The notes beneath the pieces were generated by a model. That model worked only from the letters and a program-made list of their open reading frames with translations, was not told the origin of the DNA and searched no databases. This document shows positions 59,372 through 64,000 of a DNA stretch of 64,000 nt, piece after piece. Every line of letters starts with the position of its first letter. Positions within the stretch are counted from its first letter, which is position 1. A program made the position numbers and the translations under genes. Where the stretch lies: NCBI RefSeq assembly GCF_009914755.1, contig NC_060926.1. One strand, given 5' to 3'. This DNA comes from the human T2T-CHM13v2.0 reference genome, Homo sapiens.

Positions 59372-60287
59372 CTTACATGTCTCATTTTAAATCTTTTGGA
59401 TTGGCTGGAGTCTGGGCTTGTGGATTTCATTGTTTTTTAATTTTTTGAGCAGTCTTTTGCCCCATTGTCTTCTAAGTGATGACTGTAATCATGCTGCCTT
59501 TTCAAATGTCATGAATCTAATTTTATTTGTTTAGTAGAGTTGACTGAGGAAGCCTGGTGAGGTCCATGACCAGGGTCTGGAAAATGATAAATGTTAGCCT
59601 CAGGGAATTTATCATTTTATGACAATATGTTCACTGAGGGAAAGTCATTCCAAGTAATTAGCATGATGCCGTCAGGGAAAAGCTACTTTTTGAGAGCAAT
59701 GATTTTTTTTTTGCAGGTAAACGTATTTATCTGAAGCTGGAAGAACACTTTCAGACATAATGGGAGCATTCCCTCATGGAGCGTGAGGGTGGCCTAAATG
59801 ACCTTGTAAGTGATTGTTGACACGAGGAGTCTGTGACCCAGAATATGGTTTTATAAATTTCCCACCGCAGGGCACTGATGAACGACACCCAGCAAAACCT
59901 GGACACGTGATCTCCAAAACATGGGAAATTTACGCTTGGAGTGATTTATGCCCAGGAAAATTAGGACTAGCAATCATTTGATGCTGGTTCTTGGAGGACC
60001 TTAAAGGATTTAAACACTGAAAAATGAATGCATCATACAGGTCACTGCCTCAATATATTACAGCCCTGAAAATTACACTGGGATGTTCTGTTTTTGAAGT
60101 CTCATGAGGGCAGAGGGCATCCCTGGCTTTGCCCACTATCAAATTCACTGCACCTAGCAAAATGTCTGGCATGTAATAAGCATTCAATAAACATTTGTTG
60201 GAGGACTGGATAGTGAAATTTGGCATGGTAAACCAAAACTATTCAGATTATAATATTTTAAACTTTCCACTATTGATTATCTATCTT

Positions 60288-60337
60288 TTGTCTGTCTGTC
60301 CATCCATCCATCCATCCATCCATCCATCCATCCATCC
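60288..60337. repeat. (TCTG)n(TCCA)n tetranucleotide repeat
   Basis: Direct reading. Confidence 0.9.
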
Positions 60338-60420
60338 TTATATCTAGAAAAAAGACTACTCTGAAATTTGTGAGAACTAATATGAATGGCTTCATTTTTT
60401 ATAAATAAAGGACTTACACC

Positions 60421-60744
60421 GGTCAGGCGCAGTGGCTCATGCCTGTAATTCCAGCACTTTGGGAGGCCGAGGCGGGCAGATAGCTTGAGCTCAGAAGTTT
60501 GAGGCCAGCCTGGCCAACAGGGTGAAACCTTGACTCTACTAAAAACACAAAAATTAGCTGGGTGTGGTGTCTTAAGCCTGTAATTTCAGCTACTCAGGAG
60601 GCTGAGGCAGGAGAATCATTTGAACCCGGGAGGCAGTGTTTGCAGTGAGCTGAAATCGCTCCACTGCACTCTGGCATGGGTGACAGGGAGAGACTCCATC
60701 TCAAACAAACAAACAAGCAAGCAAACAAACAAACAAACAAAAAA
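60421..60744 (+). mobile_element. Alu with (CAAA)n tail
   Basis: Full dimer. Confidence 0.95.
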
Positions 60745-60936
60745 CTTACTAAAGTCTTTAGCTAAAGACTCAACAAAGAAGTTTAAGAACAATGCCTGCT
60801 GCCTGACTGGCATGGATGAAGTCACTGTGGCTTGAGGTCTGGTCCTCAGCTTGACAGATTCAGATCCTGGATTTTGTGGCTCAATTGCTGATGTTACTAT
60901 TACCTCAAAAATTTGCTATTACTACCAATAATAGGT

Positions 60937-61259
60937 TTTTGTTTGTTTGTTTTTTTTTTTTTTTTTTTTTTTTTGAGACAGGATCTCACTCTGTCACCTA
61001 GACTAGAGGGCAGTGGTGTGACTGTAGCTCACTGTAACCTTGAATTCCTGGGCTCAAGTGATCCTCCTGCCTCAGCCTCCTGAATAGCTAGGACTACAGT
61101 TGCATGCTACCATGCCCGACTAATTTTTAAAAAATTATTTGTAGAGATGAGGTCTCACTGTGGTTACCCAGGCTGGTCATGAACTCCTGGCCTCAAGTGA
61201 TTCTCCTGCCTTGGCCTCCCAAAATGCTGGGACTACAGATGTGAGCCACAATATCCACC
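60937..61259 (-). mobile_element. Alu (AluJ-like)
   Basis: Diverged antisense dimer; TSD TAATAGGT. Confidence 0.92.
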
Positions 61260-61312
61260 TAATAGGTACCATTTATTAGGGGTTTAATAATCTGCCAGGC
61301 TCAGTGTCTTAA

Positions 61313-61687
<375 letters not shown>

Positions 61688-62387
61688 TAGATGAAGAAAC
61701 TGAAGTTCACAATGGTTAAGTAATTTGCTCTAAATTACACAGCTATACTGAAATAAAAACAAGAAAGCCAATCTTACAATAAAAAGAATAGAACTTAGGT
61801 ATTACAATAAAGACATTTTAAGAAATACTTTCAATATAGTCAGAGAAAAAGAAACACCAATTCAAGGTTACAAAAATTGTAGTTTAGCTTAAATATCCAG
61901 TCTTCTCAGTGTGTCTCTGTGACTACAAACCCAAAAATCTACTTCATGAATGTGAAGCCCCGGTTCAGTGGCTACCTCTGCCTCTCGATAAGTCGTGGGA
62001 TATTAACTGTTTCGGAAAAGGCAGCCCTGAATCTTCCTTCGCTACTGGAAGGCCACTGACTGCTTCCCTGTCACTGCTGTAACTTCTCAGTCCTTTATTC
62101 TGGCCAGACTGGGTATGGACCCCAATCTTTGATTAGCTTTAGCAACACTGTGGAGAGTAACATGAGTTGGATAATGTGGCTTGCCAGATACTGTTTGCAT
62201 GCTTGAGCTTGGAGCCATCAGTAGGAATGTGGTGTAGATTCAGTCTGGGCCTGTCTCTTTGTTCAACTTTCCTTAACTCTTACTATTTAGGAGGACGCTA
62301 AGCACTCTAACCCCAGGCTTATTGTATTAGGAACCCCCTGGGTTTGGGTTCAAGTATCTTTATTTAAAAGCTTCCCTAAAAGACTCT

Positions 62388-62691
62388 TATTTTTTATTTT
62401 TTTATTTTTTAGACAGAGTCTCGCTCTGTCACCCAGGTTGGAGTACAGTGGCACAGTCTTGGCTCACTGCAACCTCCGCCTCCTGGATTCAAGTGATTCT
62501 CCAGCCTCAGCCTCCCAGTAGCTGGGATTGCAGGCGTGTGCCACCACGCCCAGCTAATTTTTATATTTTTTAGTAGAGATGGGGTTTCGCCATGTTGGCC
62601 AGGCTGGTCTCGAATTCCTGACCTCAGTTGATCTACCTGCCTCAGCCTCCCAAAGTGCTAGGATTACAGGCGTGAGCCTCCGCGCCTGGCC
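62388..62691 (-). mobile_element. Alu (AluSx-like)
   Basis: Antisense dimer at the 5' edge of an L1 fragment. Confidence 0.95.
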
Positions 62692-62995
62692 AAGAGACGA
62701 TTATTCTAAGTGAGGTAACTCAGGAATGGAAAAACCAAACATCGTATCTTCTTGCTGTTATGTGGGAGCTAAGCTATGAGGATGCAAAAGTATAAGAATG
62801 ATACAACGGACTTTGGGGACTTGGGGGCAAGGGTGGAAGGGGGACTATAAAAGACTACAAATGGGATACAGTGTATATTCCGTGGGTGATGGGTGTACCA
62901 AAATCTCACAAATCACCACTGAAGAACTTACTTATGTAACCAAATACCATCTGTACCCCAATAACCTATGGAAAAAAAATTTTCAGAAAAAAAAA
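62692..62995 (+). mobile_element. L1PB-like 3' end, 5'-truncated
   Basis: ATTCTAAGTGAGGTAACTCAGGAATGGAAAA...CCCCAATAACCTATGGAAAAAA; probable TSD AAAGCTTCCCT (62367) / AAAGCTCCCT (62998). Confidence 0.85.
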
Positions 62996-63924
62996 TGAAA
63001 GCTCCCTCAAGGATTCAGAGCAACTAGATTATGGAAACACAAGTTAAAAACCTTGAAATCCAGGCCTGAAAGAGTGAGGTCAAGGGACAGAGTGGGGAGA
63101 GAGCAAAGGTGTCCCCTGCAACACCACCACCCCTGCCTAAGACATACCAAGTTACCTAACAGACACCTTCCTCTTTCTGTGATGACTGACACCAGGAGGC
63201 TCCCTCCCTCCAGGGAGACCAGCCTAACCAAGACCTAAAGTCATCTTTACTCACAACACCATTCATACAAACACTTCTTTGGGAGAAAATCATACAATGA
63301 CCGTCATCATAATAGTCACTGACCACTTACTCTGTGCCTGGCATAGTCTAAGTGCTTACAGATATTATCTCAATTAATAGACTATATATGTATCTATATT
63401 GATATATATGATTGTATACATAGATTATTATACAGAGATACACGGATTATGTAGATATAATAACTTATGTGAGGTCAGGGTAGGGTTTTGGGTAGGGAGA
63501 GAAGTTGTTTTGAGACACTAAATAATGAAAAATAACACTATTTCCTTGTTTGTTTCCTTTTTATGTGCCTCCCACTACACTTTGAGAATAGTGAGCTCAG
63601 GGACCATGTCTGTCTTACTCACTGCTCTATACCATGTGCATATTGCAGTGCACGGCACACTGGAGGCCCAAAGATATGTATCAAATGCATGAATAAAAGG
63701 GAACTAAAATGCTGATAAAAAGTGTACTTTTACACTGATAAAAAGTGTATTTTTTGTGAGAAAACCTAAATGGGAAACCAGATTACATTCAGATTCAGAG
63801 CAAAGAAGGTTATTTGGAAGATACTGTTGGCTGGTAGCACCACACAATGATGCCATCCATCTCTTTGACCATTTCTGCTAAGAGGGATTGTGATCAGCGC
63901 ACCCTCTTTCCTGAACATAAATGT

Positions 63925-64000
63925 GTTTTTGTTTTGTTTTTAAATAACAACTTTATTTACATACTACACAATCTACCCCTTTAAATTGTACAATTCAGTG
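63925..64000 (-). mobile_element. L1M 3' end running off the window
   Basis: TAACAACTTTATT...TTTAAATTGTACAATTCAGTG. Confidence 0.6.

Overview
Primate (most likely human or great ape) nuclear genomic DNA, intergenic or intronic, with no recognisable protein-coding gene, tRNA, rRNA or CRISPR array. Much of the window is interspersed repeat: about 30 Alus (J, S and Y types, many with clear target-site duplications, TSDs), at least ten solo or near-solo LTRs, old L1M/L2/MIR fragments, and a 1.85-kb Tigger/pogo DNA transposon with both TIRs and readable transposase remnants. The supplied ORFs are Alu, L1 or LTR by-products, or chance ORFs. I found no evidence of a new multi-gene system. Best leads: (i) a MER11 LTR with a primer-binding-site stub and a second LTR terminus inside its TSD; (ii) the long Tigger; (iii) an unexplained 80-nt hairpin at 24.9 kb; (iv) a possible two-exon minus-strand micropeptide gene at 37 kb; (v) a dense STAT/ETS/NF-kB/RFX/CRE motif cluster at 4.1 kb; (vi) strong orphan plus-strand exon signatures at 53.5 and 59.7 kb. 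Repeat family names come from recalled consensus sequences, not a database search; boundaries without TSD support are approximate.
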